Source: Chiloscyllium plagiosum
Taxonomy: Eukaryota
Direction of reading: 5' to 3'
DNA: 64,000 nt
Assembly (NCBI RefSeq): GCF_004010195.1
Contig: NC_057753.1
Location: forward strand, 7,989,733-8,053,732
Positions within the stretch are counted from its first letter, which is position 1; every line of letters starts with the position of its first letter. The notes beneath the pieces were generated by a model that was given only the letters and a program-made list of their open reading frames with translations, ran no database searches and had not been told where the DNA came from. Below are positions 26,280 through 39,816 of the stretch, in pieces. Made by a program: the position numbers and the translations under genes.

Positions 26280-27590
26280 TAAAAAAAGAACAATACTGCT
26301 AAAATCCTAATAAACCTTTCCCGTACCTATCCAAAGTATTGACATCATTTTGGAATGTGTGGGTAAGAATGGAACACATTATGAGAATTGTGGCCGAAAT
26401 TCGTTTCTATAAAAAAGAAACCGGGTGCTCCGGTTTCCTCCCACAGTCCAAAGATGTGCAGGGTCAGGTGAATTGGCCATGCTAAATTGCCCGTAGTGTT
26501 AGGTAAGGGGTAAATGTAGGGGTATGGGTGAGTTGCGCTTCGGCGGGTCGGTGTGGACTTGTTGGGCCGAAGGGCCTGTTTCCACATTGTAATGTAATCT
26601 AATCTAATCTAAAGTTGGAGCATAAATTGTCTGAACAATAATTCCATGACTTCTACTGAAGCCAACAATGACATGGGTCTTTTTACCTAATTTGCCAATC
26701 TGTGCTGCCACCTTCAGTGATCCGTGTACCTGCACGCCAAGATTCTTCTTCATGTTAGTATTCCTAAGGTTTCTGACATTCAATGTATAATTTCCACCTG
26801 CACTTGCCCTTCCAAAATGCATCACATCATGCTTGAATTTTCAGATGAAACTCCATCTGCTATTTTCCTGCCATTGCCTCCAACTGATCTATACCCCTCT
26901 CTATCCTTTGGCAATCCTTCTCACTATCCTGCAACTCCACCAATTTTGTATTGTCTGCAAGCTTACTAATTATACCAGTTATGTTTTCCTCCAAAACATT
27001 TATTTAGACCACGAATAGTAGAGGTAGCTGCACTCGATTTGCAAAACATTCGTCTACTGCCAATTTCTGTCTCTTAAGACTAAGCCAGTTCTGTGTCCAT
27101 CTTGCTAAGTCACTCCGATATCACATGAATTCACCTTCTGTACTAGTCTGCCTTGAGGGACTTTAAGAAAGGATTTACTGAAATCAATGTGGATAACGTG
27201 AACCGCTTTTTCCTCATTAATCATCTTGATCACCTCCTCAAAACAAAACTCGATCAACTTAACTTAATGAAGCACGACCAACTGGCACAAAAACATTACT
27301 CTGTGTCGCTTATAAGTCCATTTGCATCTTAGAGAACCTGCTCCCTGAGAACCTGTTCTAATAATTTCCAAACCTCCGATTTGAGGCTTGCAGGCCTGCA
27401 GCTTCCTGGGTTCTCCCGACTACGCTTCTTAAACAATGGACAACACTGGACATTTTCCTGTCCTATGCGACAGCACCTGTGGCTTAACAGGACAAAAAGA
27501 TATCTGCCAAGTTTCCAACTCTCGCTTCCCTTCCCTCACTCAATATTGTGTTATCCACCCAATCAGGTGTCTGGAACTTATGTAACTTAA
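26280..27590 (-). mobile_element. Decayed CR1 RT to 3' end (mirrored at about 58165-59705)
   Basis: MHFGRAS..LGVQVHGSLKVAAQI; IDEEKAVHVVNIDFSKTFPKVP in the mirror copy. Confidence 0.75.
26411..26611 (+). mobile_element. 5'-truncated young V-SINE present only in the left arm
   Basis: Near-identical to 2469-2651 with (AATCT)n tail; empty site at about 59149. Confidence 0.88.
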
Positions 27591-27644
27591 TTAACAGATT
27601 TACATGGCGGTCAGAGCGTGTTCCTTTGTGGCTGAGTGTAAAAA

Positions 27645-28125
27645 AGATTGATGGAGAGAGTGCAGACGAGAGAGGGCGAGTTGTGGGGGGTAGAGATCAG
27701 GAGATACGGAAGGAGAGAACGTGATAGAGAGATAAAGTCAGAAGGAGAGGCAGGATAGAGGAACAGAAAGAGAAATGAAATGCGGAAAAGGTGGGCGTGG
27801 GAGGGTGAGCGTGCGGGGAATGGAGGGAGGGAGAAAGAGAAGAATAATGATGGAGAGAATGGAGTGGAAGGAATCAGAGAGAGGGTATCAGAAGAGGAGG
27901 AGTATGCAGAGAGCGATTTAAACTGAATTGAGGAAGACCAGATGTCAGGAAGTGCAGAATGGAGAGAATGTGATGAAGACCAACAGAGTAAGAATCACTG
28001 AATGAATAGAAAAAAATGAGAGAGCGAAATAGAGAGTAAGATTTTGAGTGTGAGGGTGAGAAGAGGTGGATGGGAGATAGGAAAGGAGAATTTTCAGTTT
28101 GGTCACCAGAGTGAAAGGAAGGACA
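27645..28125. repeat. GA-rich low-complexity tract 3' of the GPCR (mirrored CT-rich at 57620-58110; paralogous tract at 49805-50295)
   Basis: Purine-rich composition. Confidence 0.8.
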
Positions 28126-28476
28126 GCGTGACTTAAACACATCTCCTTCGTTCAGCCTGGTCCCCTCCCCTTTCCCAAGGAACAGGATTATTGTCAAATA
28201 TCTCTCTCTTCAGTTCAGAATCTTCAGAAAAATGACGAACGATAAAACAGCCAATACTGCTGTTTGGCACTTATAACGACCATTTTTATCAGTAACAAAC
28301 TGAAGTTACACGTACAGTGAGTGAAATAGTACCTTTTCTCATGGGACGCTGAGATGAGAGGAGCACGTGTAACAAGTGGACAAGGTGGAACTACACACAT
28401 CCTGTTAGCAAAGGGACAGGCTGAATTATTCTTGAGAAAAAAATCGAAATGACAGAATTCTGAATAGACTGCTTAA

Positions 28477-29372
28477 TTAATGATTGCGACTTATTGGTGA
28501 ATTTGAGCATTTCAGTACATTCTTCAGCTGTTGCCTGAACTTCTTCTGTGTCACGGCATAAATTGCAGTGTTTGTGCTGCAACTGAGAAGCTGTAGCATG
28601 AAGCCCAATTCCAGTACAAACCAATGTAGATACAAAAACTTATATCCCAAATACCACATCCGGTACCATATAGTGTACATCATTAACAATGACCAAAATA
28701 TGATGAAATTGGCCGAGATCACAAATAACAATCTGATAGATTTTTTTCGATTTTGCATTTCTGTGTCACGTTGAATGTCCCCATTGGTGTGAGTCCGGAG
28801 TCTTCTGCGGGCTCTGCTGGTCACTAAAATGTGCCTGACCGTGAAAACATTGAACAACAGAATCAGGAGAAACGGGAGAGACGGGGTGAGAATGTAATGG
28901 AGGAACTCGATTGTGAGCCAGACCCGAGACTCATAAACATCGCTGGGTACGTCACAAAACCAGGGGAGGTTCACAAGCTGATACTTGTCTGAGAGCATAA
29001 AATACCAGAAAATGTTCTTCAAAAAGCTCAGCACGGTCACCGCTCCCAGAATCTTAGCTGTTGTTTCGTCACTGCAATATTTACGCTTCAGCTTCTGGCA
29101 ACAAATCGCCAGAAATCGATCGAAGGTGAAACTGACGATGAACCACACAGAACAGTCAGTGGCGGCATAAAGCAGGACAGCGTGGATATTGCACACGTGA
29201 ATGGATGTCAGGAAATAAAACTGTTCCCAAAAAACAATTGGAATTTGTCTCGATATCAGGTCAATGATAATTACCAGTAGATCCGCCACTGCCATGGCCA
29301 CCAGGAAATGACTGATGCATAGAGACAATCCACAATCTTTATAAACCAGGACGTAGATCGTCAAAACGTTAA
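28477..29372 (-). CDS. Exon 2 of GPR139/GPR142-like class A GPCR (end of TM1 to C-terminus), copy L; 377 aa when spliced to exon 1
   Basis: Pyrimidine-rich acceptor ...tttcctcatAG|TTAAC. Open frame with TM2 AMAVADLL, TM3 Cys and FDRFLAIC, ECL2 PWFC, TM5 LTPSLPF, TM7 NTAIY and helix 8 KFR. Confidence 0.92.
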
Positions 29373-30049
29373 CTATGAGGAAATCAAGCAAACAAATTAT
29401 ATCTCGGTTTGGAGGCAAAATTAGCTGTTTGATTAAGATGTGAAATATTAACATAAGATACTGCATTCAGAGATTTATGGAATAAATTGGAGCTGAAATA
29501 AGAAGTCATAAGTTCTGAATTACTTACAAAAATGTGAGGTAAAACACAAGAAACACTCCCTCTCCAAACAAACAGACATACATCTGTATGAACCGACAGT
29601 TTCCATAAAGTTCTTGTGCCCCTGATCAGTGGAAAACAGCCACACTTTAGAGTGCATGATACAGTGGGTGAAAATGTTGTCCATTCACTGATCTTACCTA
29701 TGTCTATTTTGACTCACTTACAAGGATAAATTGTCCTCATCACGCTGCTTTCAACAAGATTTGAAACAAATGTTGCAATTCAGATACCTCGTCTTGTTTA
29801 ATCAATCATGGGAGACTTACACATGTTGTTGAACACATGATCAACTGAGATTGACTCCATTCTTCCATTCTCCAGAACTTCCACTTTTGTTCAAAACTAT
29901 CACGTTCCAATCAGAAGCCTCTGACATAACCTCCTTGTTCTGCAAAAGAGAAATTTCCCGCAACTGTGGTGGGCAGGAACTTCAGCTGTGATTGACCAAT
30001 CTCCTACACTTCGGAAGTCATCTCTTCACTTTTTTTTCAAAACAATAGT

Positions 30050-30620
30050 AAAGATACAGTTGTTGACGTATCGTCTGCCCGAGTTTCCGCATTCAAAGAA
30101 TGATCCGTTGCTTCTTCTACCACCTCCAGCAGGAGAACACCATCAAATACACATTCCCATCCCGTCCAGTTAAACGGGCCGTTTCCTGTGAGAAAACCTT
30201 CATCATCACTAACACTCCTTCAGTGTCCCGTCGCACCTTTCGCTACACTTGCAGAAGTTGCAATAATTGCCCATTCCCCTCTTCCTTTCTCACTGGCCAA
30301 GGCCCCAAAGCAGAATTTACAGGTTAAGCAGCTTTTCACTTGTTCTTTTTCAACCCAATCTGCTATCATTTCAGCTCATAAGGCAATCTCTTTACATTAG
30401 CGAGACATAAAGGGGACTCAAATAATGCGGTTGTGAACATTTCCATTTCTATTGGAGTAACAAACTTTCCAATCGATGCCATTTTAGTAAATCAACTTAA
30501 ACCCTGAGCCTGCTGCATTGTTCTCATGTGTCACAGAGCGAGCTTGAATATCTCTTCGCTTTCTGCTTTGTCACTTTACAACATGTAGGAGTCAACATTT
30601 GATTCCATACATCTTAATTT
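30050..30620 (+). mobile_element. Old Penelope-like GIY-YIG remnant in the GPCR intron
   Basis: CRSCNNCPF..QVKQLFTC..LYISET pattern across frameshifts. Confidence 0.55.
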
Positions 30621-31059
30621 ACACCCTTTGTACATTCTACTTCTCTTTCATCACACCAAACTCAACTTTGCATTCATTCCACAGTTGCTGCCAAACTTCA
30701 CCAGAAGTTTCTGTTTCTGAACAAAGACGTGTGTCAAAGATAATCAAATGCTGTGACCAACATGCAGCACAATCCGAGTCACACCAGGAAGTGAAAAAAA
30801 CCACAAGCTGCAACAAATCATTCTTTCTGAACTGCACAACGCTGCGACCAACCAAACTCCAGATTTCAAAATCATATTCAGAGAGAGAAACAGAGGGAAA
30901 TAGATTCATTTTGGAAACAGAACAGGATAACTGTAAAAAGAAACATGATTAGATGGTGAAGTGAAAGCGTTTTGGTGGCATGTGACAAATTCTAGGAGTA
31001 ACACCACGCAGAGCCCCTCAGACGAATGAGAATATGAAAATGGAAGGCTTACTCCACTA

Positions 31060-31960
31060 CGGTCAGAAGCGGTCACTTGGTAAATGGCGGATGAGTCAAT
31101 AGAACACTGTCTGATTAGGCAACAGGCTCCAAAATTGCATTGCAGATGCTATTCATCAAACCTTGGCTGTAGGCCAGAACAACAGCAGACCTTTCTTCAA
31201 ATCTCGAACGTTTTGCTCTGTATTGTCCCTCAGTCTCTATTCCGGTCACCCCAAGGTGTGGTTATATGATGAGTGCAGGTGAACATGCCAAGGTTCGCAC
31301 CATGTGAAACTGAACGATGACACCCATTTAATATGGCGCATCTGACGACTTCCATTCTAAATAGCTGATGGGCATGAGATATAGAAGAGACGAAATAATC
31401 ACAAGAGCAACAAAGATCTAGGCTCTGCAGTTCTGACACATCCAGTTGTGAATGGAGATGAACTATTGAATAACTCACTGGAGTAGGAATTTACAAAAAT
31501 GCTCCCATTCGCAACGATGGAAAAGCCCAGCCCAACAGTGCAAAAATCAAGGATGAAATATTTGGACCTTCCTCACGCAGAGGTATCCAGTGGATGATGT
31601 CAGTCTTTAACCAATTAGATTCACAACACAGACATCAAAGTACGACAGAGATCAGTGGACATAACCATGGTGATGGACCCTGGTACATTCCTGAAATCGG
31701 ACTGAGGGCTTGTGCTTCACAACGAGACGTGTCCCGAGAAAGCTGTTTCATTGCAGATCCAATCTGATATCGACCTGACAATGTGAAAAATTGTTCAACT
31801 CCACACAGTCTCCGACAAGCAGAATACTGACTATTAGATGGCTTACCATTCCCTCAGTCCCATCAGGGCAGTAAAGTTGGCGGAATTCCGTTTCCATAGA
31901 ATTGTCAAGCAACACAGAAATAATCTGCTCAGCGTGGCTTGAAGTAAGTTAATATTTGGA
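31060..31960 (+). mobile_element. Decayed L2/CR1-group LINE ORF2 fragment
   Basis: gtgatggaccctggtacattcctgaaatcggactgagggcttgtgct resembles the GPDxIP..LKxCA RT-proximal motif. Confidence 0.45.
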
Positions 31961-32227
31961 GGTGGGGCTGTTTTGGAAATGTTACGAGATTACGTGTCCA
32001 CATCAAGGTCCTGCTCCTGCGGCTGTTGTAAAATAAAGACCATAAATAATATATCGAGATCAAATATTTGGCGTCAGCAACAATGACATTGAAGCCAATT
32101 TCAATTCTAAAGAAAAGAATTGCTTCCCCAACGAAGTTTATGAAGCAAAGGTAAGGTCCTGGCCTGAAAGTGACTCCGTATACATAAATATGCTGCCTGA
32201 ACAGTCGAGCAGGACAATCAGTTATAT

Positions 32228-32372
32228 AATCAAAAGAGAAAATGCTGGAAAGTCTCAACAGTTCGGGCATTATCTGGAAGGAGAGAAAAGAGCTGCCAGA
32301 CCTGCTGAGACTTTCCAGCATTTTCTCTTTTGGTTTCAGATTCCAGCATCCGCAGTGATTTGCTTTTACTCA
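32228..32372. mobile_element. Related palindromic Penelope-derived mini-element, centre deleted
   Basis: caaaagagaaaatgctggaaagtctca is inverted as tgagactttccagcattttctcttttg, followed by ttccagcatccgcagt. Confidence 0.65.
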
Positions 32373-32689
32373 GTTACCGTCCAATGCCTTAAAGGATAAA
32401 AAACAGACAGAACACCAGGCACCAGTCGAGACATCCAAACATAAACACGAACCCTACCAAAGGCCTTCCATCCAAAAATCAGAGGTTTGGGAAAACATTT
32501 CCAGCGTTCCTCCAAAGACTGCACTGAAATATAAGGAATAGATGATGCGCACCGTTGAGTCTCTCCATTATATTGCATGTCTGAATATCTCTTCAATGCT
32601 CCCCCCCCCCGTACAATATACAGATTTCCTTTTTAATTAGTCATAGAAAAATCTATCACATGAACCGTACCTGTCCCTTTAGTGCACTG

Positions 32690-34360
32690 AGCTTCTTCCT
32701 TTATTCAAAATAATAATGGCTGATTCTCAATCTCCACGCCATACTCCTGCTCCATCTTTACCCTTTCCTAACGAGAAATGATAATATATGTTCAGTACCT
32801 TAGCCTGCATAACCTTACGTTTTACAGCATGCACCATTCTTTGAGTGCAGACATTCTTACGCATCACAGTGGCCTCTCTAGATCGAATATTGTAGTCACA
32901 TGGCTTAGACGTCACAGACCAAAGTATAAGATCATTCTCTGAGTTTTCACTTGTGCTATCCTTCATTGAGTGCTACCCTGTCATGTTCCTTCTTCCAAAC
33001 CGCATTACCTCAGATTTAACAAATTTAAGTTGCATCTACCATTGATCTGCCGATCTGACTCTGCCATTTACCATAACATCAGACATAACCTACTCAGTAC
33101 TTCAAATCTTCGAGTCCAACACAAACTTACTCATCACTCTCCCACACTACCCTCCACAATCACATCCACGTCATTTCTGAAAAAGGCAAATAAAAAGGGA
33201 CACAGCACTGGTCCATGTAGTAAGCCACTGGTCTCCAGTTACACAATCATCTTTCTACCACTATCCTCTAAATCCTGCTATTCAATCGATTTTGGATGCA
33301 AGTTGCCAAGTCACGCTCGATACGCTGAGATTTTAATTCATCAGCTTCCCATGTCAGCCTTTGCAAACGTCTCCCTGAAAAAAATGTTTCGCTCTCATAA
33401 AGACACACTGACTGTACCTGATCAAGTCTTGACTCTCCAAATAGTTTTCACTTTTCTCCTTCCATATTTTCTCCTTTAGTTTCCTTAACATTGATGTGAG
33501 TGCTCCATATTTCTCAGCATTCTCTTCACTACCCGTCCTGTAAAGTGAGACAATTTTAGGTGATCTCCAGTCCTCTGGCCAAAGTTGATTTAAAACTTGG
33601 TAACAGCACTTTTTCTTTCTCGTCTCCTACAACAGCTTGGGATAGAACTCATGCAAACATTGATATCTCCAATTTCAAACCACCCAGAAATCTCCAACAC
33701 CTGCTCGCACTCCATATCATTATGCTGAAGAGCTTCCTAGTCTACCTTCTCGAATTCTGTATCAAGTCAAACAGAGAAGAATTAATTGCACAATCCAACA
33801 ACCTTCTGCTTCATGCACAGACTACCCACTTAGTTTCTAATGGGCACCAATTGATTCCTGGCTATTTTATTCCTCTCAATACACTTGCAGTATATCTTGA
33901 GATTCTCCAAGATCTTACCTGCCAGCACATTTTCATGCCCCTGTGTTGGAGAATCCTCTCTGAGTGAAGCATTTCCTCCTTATGGAAGTCTTGAATATCC
34001 TGCCTCTTATGGTGACCTCATGTCCACTGAATGTGGAGTCGACAGCCTAAGGGACAAAATCTATTTACATCCACGTTATCATACGTTCTATAAATGTTCT
34101 GAGTTTCACTTTGCAGAAATCCATTTTGTTAGGTATTGCAGTATTTCTGTGTAATACAGGCTTTGCTTGTCTATTACGAAATTTTATATTGTACATTCGC
34201 ATCTCATTGCACCCAACTTGATACTTTGGACTCATGCTTCCTGACTGAGATGTTTGACTGCAAAGCTAAAAAACGATTTGTATACGGAAGTTGTGGTAAA
34301 TGCACGTCGTTATTATCACAATTTCTCAAAGCTCCTTCGGAGCAAAATACTTAACTAGTT
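32690..34360 (-). mobile_element. Highly decayed CR1
   Basis: gggacacagcactggtccatgtagtaagccactggt (antisense of the SGxPQGSVLGP region). Confidence 0.5.
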
Positions 34361-36571
34361 CTTCTGACCACACAACACCAAATCAGAAAGAACACGGCCG
34401 AGAATTTGGTACATGACATGTTGTTCAACCAAGCTCATGCACTCTCATGAATTCTTTTTTCACAATTTACGAGCGTGTGTGTGCAAATCTGGCGCGAATT
34501 ACACTATTATGTTTCAAACATGAGCATGATGCAGTAAGATTATCTGACCTTTGAAGTGCGCATCATCGAAGTCTTGCCCTCGTCTACCACAGGCCATGTA
34601 CCTTGATTTCACAGCTCATAGTTCAGTAAGATCTTCCACTTCAAACCTAATCTAATCATTCAAGATGTAAAACAAATGTTTAAAAATTCCGCATAAGCCT
34701 ATTATGAAATGATGCAGTGGGTGCAGTTTTTACTCATCAATGGGAACTGGGTACAACAGCCACAACGATGCACGTACATGTAGCAGGGAAATACGATGGA
34801 GTCATAAAAAACCGAGAATTTTCAAAGCCGCCTCGCATCGTCCATGTGTGTCAGATAACATCAATGTATATTTCAATGCAGAGTGGGAGAAAATGCAAAC
34901 TATCTGAGAGGCAGAGGCCTATTGCTCCCTCTCTTTCTTCGTTACTTCTCACGATATTGTGAGAGCTGAAACCCTCCTGTCACCTTTGCCATTCGTGAAG
35001 GAATCCTGTCAACGTTTCTTTGGAATCTCCCCACAGCCTGTCGCAAATGGAATTCAGGTGTATCTAACTGATCCTGGCAGATACTCATTCGGATACTTGA
35101 ATAGCAATTAGAGCAATCCCTTATTTTTATTTTGCCACTATTTACAAAGTTATTTTGTCAATGCACCTTCGAGTTGACATTCTGCAGAGTTTCCATTTGT
35201 TTTTGCTTGTCTTGAGAAGTATGTGTGTCTATCCGATTGTGTACATCTGTCTTGGTACCCATACACTTGATTTTGTGTCTGAGTAATATTTAGAAGGTAA
35301 ATATTCAATTGTGTATTTGCAATGTACAAACTGGTTATTATTCATTTTTCCCGAGTTTTTGATTACCTTTGTTTTGGGAATAAACTAGCGACTTTTAAGG
35401 ATTAAAATAAGTCGCCTGACTTTTTCTGAACAGGGGCTCTGACGCAACCTGAGATATGTATAAATTAACCATATCACCAATCTGTTTATGATTAGAATTT
35501 GTTGTTACCAGTGGAAAGGGTGGGCGATAAAAAGTAAGAATGGCCTGCCAACCCATTCAGAAGAGGGATTAGGAGAAATTCGAAAAAGGTCATTTGCTTC
35601 AGAATCCTCCTCCCCATAAGTTGGTGGTGCCTGGGTGTTTGCCTTCTGTCAATTAGGTATTTAACAGACAGGTGAGTCAGGCATAATCGGATACAGAATA
35701 GAAAATTGTTTGAGGCCACAGTCTTAGTATGCAGTGAAGCGGGGACAAAGTGTCTAATGACTCACTCCCAACCTAAGTATAATGTTGCCATGTTCACTCC
35801 GCCCCTCAAATCTCCTGCATAGGAGCAGGTAGAGGGTGCTTGCTCCGAGTGTGTTGCACACAGGAAGAGAGGAGACGAATCAATCTCTCAATGCTATCGT
35901 ACATGGCATTTTACGAATTGGAACATATTCTTGGAAAATCCATTGTTGGGTATGAAAGAGCTCTCTCAATTCTCTTCACAGAGCTTCACTAGTGTGCAAC
36001 TTGTATTTTCTTTTTAGTAATGTTGTACATCCAGACTCAATGTGGATGCATTCTTAAATACTGTTCGACTCCTCTTTCATGCCCAATGCATTTTAGCTTC
36101 TGGAGTATCAAAACTTCGTCTCCAACATTCTTAAGAGTGTCAAAGAATTAAAGAACTCCCATACCGATGTAAAATAGACAATTCTTCTCATCATTACCGA
36201 CGTGAGGAAACAACATGACTCGCACAGACACCATTAATTATTGACATGAAGAAATGAGGTGAACACAAGGGCTCGAGGAAGAGCGACCAGCCCAGGTATC
36301 AAGGCGGTAGTTAATTGCTATAATATCATGCAACTCGAACAAAGGTGAACTGAATGGAAATGAAGTGCAATATCTCCTCTAATAATGAGTCATTACAGAA
36401 AATAAGATGTTTGTGTTCTAAAGACTTCCATAAACTCAATTCTGGGACATCACTGCAGGAGATCCTCAATGTAACTTCATCGGTGAAAGTATCTTCAACT
36501 GCTTCATTAATGTCTTTTACCACATCATAAAATAAAAATTTGGATAGTCATTGAAGATCCATGAGCATGCT

Positions 36572-36880
36572 GAGGGCTGCACGGTGGCTCAGAGGTTCGC
36601 ACTGCTGCCTCATAACATCAGGGTCCCAGCTTCGTTTCCGGCCTCCGGTGACTGTCTGCATGAAGTTTGCATATTGTCTCTGTGTCTGAGTGGGTTTCAT
36701 CCAGTTGCCCCGTTTTGCTCCCACAGTCCGTGAGGTGAGGTGGCCATGTTAAATTGCCCATAGTGTTAGGTACTTTCGTTAGAGGGACTTGGATCTGGTT
36801 GGGTTGCTCTTCAGAGGGATGGCGTGGACTGATTGGGCCGAAGGGCCTGTTTCCACGCTTTTGGGAATCTAATCAAGATT
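36572..36880 (+). mobile_element. Diverged V-SINE
   Basis: gcacggtggctcagagg..gggccgaagggcctgtttccac. Confidence 0.8.
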
Positions 36881-37849
36881 ACACAATGTTTAGAACTATT
36901 TGCTATGCCTCAGGTATTGTGACAATTTGTGTCCATGTGCAGCCAAATCTGTACAACATTGAAGCTTGAGCTGTTAAAGTGTTGGTAAAATACATGCAAC
37001 AGGAATTCTATACATTCAACATTTCCATAGTCAGAAGAAGAGCTCATTGTGCGCATTCAAACTGCTTTCTCAGGACCACGAGTAAGCCTTTCTTTTGAAG
37101 AAAACTATTTGTCAGGAAAATGGACAGCCTAGTCAGTCCCTCCTGCCTACTGGAAAGAGAAGGACTCTGGACAGCACATCGAGCTTTTCGACAGGAAATG
37201 GGAGGTCGCAGACTCCAGATAATTGAAACTGTCCCACAGGCCTGAAAGAAACCATAATGCACCACAGAAACTTTCTGATTATCCGTGAGGGTCAGGGGTT
37301 GAGAGGTGGCCGTGGGCATTCCGCACCTGGTGTCCCTTACACAGAATTAGCAGGAAGTAATTCAAAGACATTTACGTGAGAACAGGAGGAGGACATTCAA
37401 TCCCCAACTCACTTGAACAGTGGCAAGTCTAGGTAATCGATGCTCCAACATGTCAAATACAGCAGAGCTTGGAAAGATAGAATGGTCCACATAGTTCCTC
37501 ATGGCTCCACAGGAAATTATTATGTTGAGAGTACAGACAGAGCTTGTTCCTCTCTTTCAATCCACTTGGGACTGCTCAGCGGTACTTCGATCAGAAATCG
37601 CATAACTTTGGTAAAACATGGATATGTTGCGTTTTCAGGTCCGTTGAAAGCCTAAGTCTCATGTTTCCAAAACAATCAATTCTTATTCTTTCACAGAGCG
37701 AGAGATTAAATATCCAGTTTCTTCGCATTCTCCTCATGGTACGGTCATGCATAAGAGCCTTGGAGCAGAAATTAGGGCATTTGGACGCCCAACTCTGCTC
37801 CGCCACTCGGTCGTTTCTGATAGCGTTTTTCTTTCAAAACATTTTCCCG

Positions 37850-38910
37850 CTTTTTCCACAAAGTCTTTGATTTTCTTGGCTATCAAGAACTTATCTTAGT
37901 TTCGAACATACTCATCGGGCTGGCCCCCACAGCACTCTGTGGCAATGAATTTTGTAGATTCACCACTTCATGGCTGAACAAGTTTCTCTATATTTCGTTC
38001 TAAGTGGATTCCCCTTCAGTCTGAAGCTGTGCGCTCGGGTCCTTCTCCTTCATTCCATATCCACACTGTTCACGCCATATTCTGTAAGTTTCAGTCAGAT
38101 CCCTCCCCCGATTCCTCTAAACGCCATTGAATCTCGTCCCACAGTCCACATTTTCGAAGCCTTTCATTCCTTGGATCATTCTCGTGAACATCCTCTGTTC
38201 CTGCCTCAGAGCCAGGACATGCTTCCTTCGGTATGGGGCCGAACATTGTACATAATACTTTACATGTTGTCTGACTAGCGCCGAATAAAGCATCAGAAAT
38301 GCGTCTCTACTTTCATATTCTGGTACTCTCGAGATGAACGTTAACATTATATTTTCCTTCCTAATTATCAACTTAACATGCAAGTTTACCTGAACAGTAT
38401 TTTGGACGAGGACTCCGATGTCCATTTGCACTCCAATTTATGAATTTTCTCCGCATTTAGAAAAATAGTCGAATCCTCTATTCTCCCTACCAAAGTACAT
38501 AACATCCCAATTTACCACGTTGTGTTTCATCTGCAACTTCTTAGCCCACTCTCCTAACCTGTCTAAACATTGCTGCAGCCTCCCTGCCTAATCAATAATG
38601 CCTTCCCCTCCATCTATCGTTGTATCATTTGAAAACGCAGCCTGAATGCTATCAGATACTTCATCCAGGTAATTAATGCATAAAGTGAAAAATTGTGGTC
38701 ATAACACCAATTCTTGTGGAACACCACTCGTCACGAGCTTCCTTTCTGAGAACGAACATTTTATCTCCAATCTCTATCTTCTGCCAGACAGCAAACCTTT
38801 CATCTATGTTAGTACCTTGCCTCTAACACCATCAGCCCTCATCTTGCAGCATTTTATCAAAGATCTTCTCGAAGTCCAGATAGATAACAACTGCTGGCTC
38901 TCCTTTGTCG
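37850..38910 (-). mobile_element. Decayed CR1 RT to 3' end
   Basis: LYSALVRQHVKYYVQCSAPYRRKH..FTRMIQGMKG. Confidence 0.75.
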
Positions 38911-39138
38911 AACTCGGACAAAGGCTGTCAAAACTTCTTTGCGTTCTCCATGTGGCAAGGACATGATTTCTTATAACGCAGACTAAATCTGTGCACAATT
39001 CCCTAAACACTCTACACAAAATATTTTCAGTTTTTAATCATGATGTTTCCCTTTTTCGGCAATTATTCCGTCTCCAGTTTCTTTAATTTGCTTCAAACTT
39101 CATGACATCTCTCGTGACTGAGACTGATCTGGAGTTGT

Positions 39139-39816
39139 GATGATACTATGGCCTTAAGAGATGGATTTTGAAGAAACAGAGATTGAAAGAGAGGAGATGA
39201 GTAATATTGAAGAAGGTGAGCAACTTGTGAAGGGTTGCGTTTTTTATTTTAATGTTGGAATAACAGAAGCAGCCTGAATGGTTGTTCACAACTTCCACAC
39301 GATCATGTCTTATATATTTAGCCTTTCCTTTCAGAAGCAACAGTTGCTGTTGGAGTCTTGAAGGAGTTGTGGTTATGAAAAGGTGCCACATAGCTTTCGC
39401 TTTGCTTCTTCTGATAACTGAATTTCTCACTTCAGAATATTCTTTCGATGTTTCTTTGATGTTATTTCCTCCTCGAGTGGAGACCTGTATGTGACACAAT
39501 TTGTTTTCCTGCAATTGCGGTTGCCAAGAGTGTATTTACAGGATGTCACCATGTTCTAACAGTTGGTTTTTAGTACTTAGATAATCCATTAGACTGCTAA
39601 ATGTTCCTATGGAATCAATTTATTTCATTTCTCCATTATTTTGTTTTAATTTACTTATAATTTTCAAACAAAGTGTATTTGTTTCAACGTCTGGTAGTTT
39701 GACAAATCAAAATGCATCGCAATGCAACACTTGACAACTGGCTTCAAAATAAGAAAACGGTGCTGTCTGGCATACTTTCTTCATATCATTTCAGAGGGTT
39801 GGATCAGTTGCATAAC
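39139..39816 (+). mobile_element. Probable solo LTR (Gypsy-type)
   Basis: 3' end atttcagagggttggatcagttgcataac resembles the LTR ends at 7962 and 42579. Confidence 0.45.

Larger units (their letters stand above)
21428..29679. repeat. Left arm of large inverted segmental duplication
   Basis: Reverse complement is colinear with 56059-64000 (SINE pair, Penelope element, CA-rich tract, CR1 pieces, GA-rich tract, GPCR exon 2, about 306 bp of intron). Confidence 0.95.

Noticed and set aside
28477..29466. 329-aa ORF as the annotated single-exon gene
   Set aside because: Starts in intron sequence. A canonical acceptor and a phase-matched exon 1 supply the proper TM1, so it is kept only as a hypothesis.
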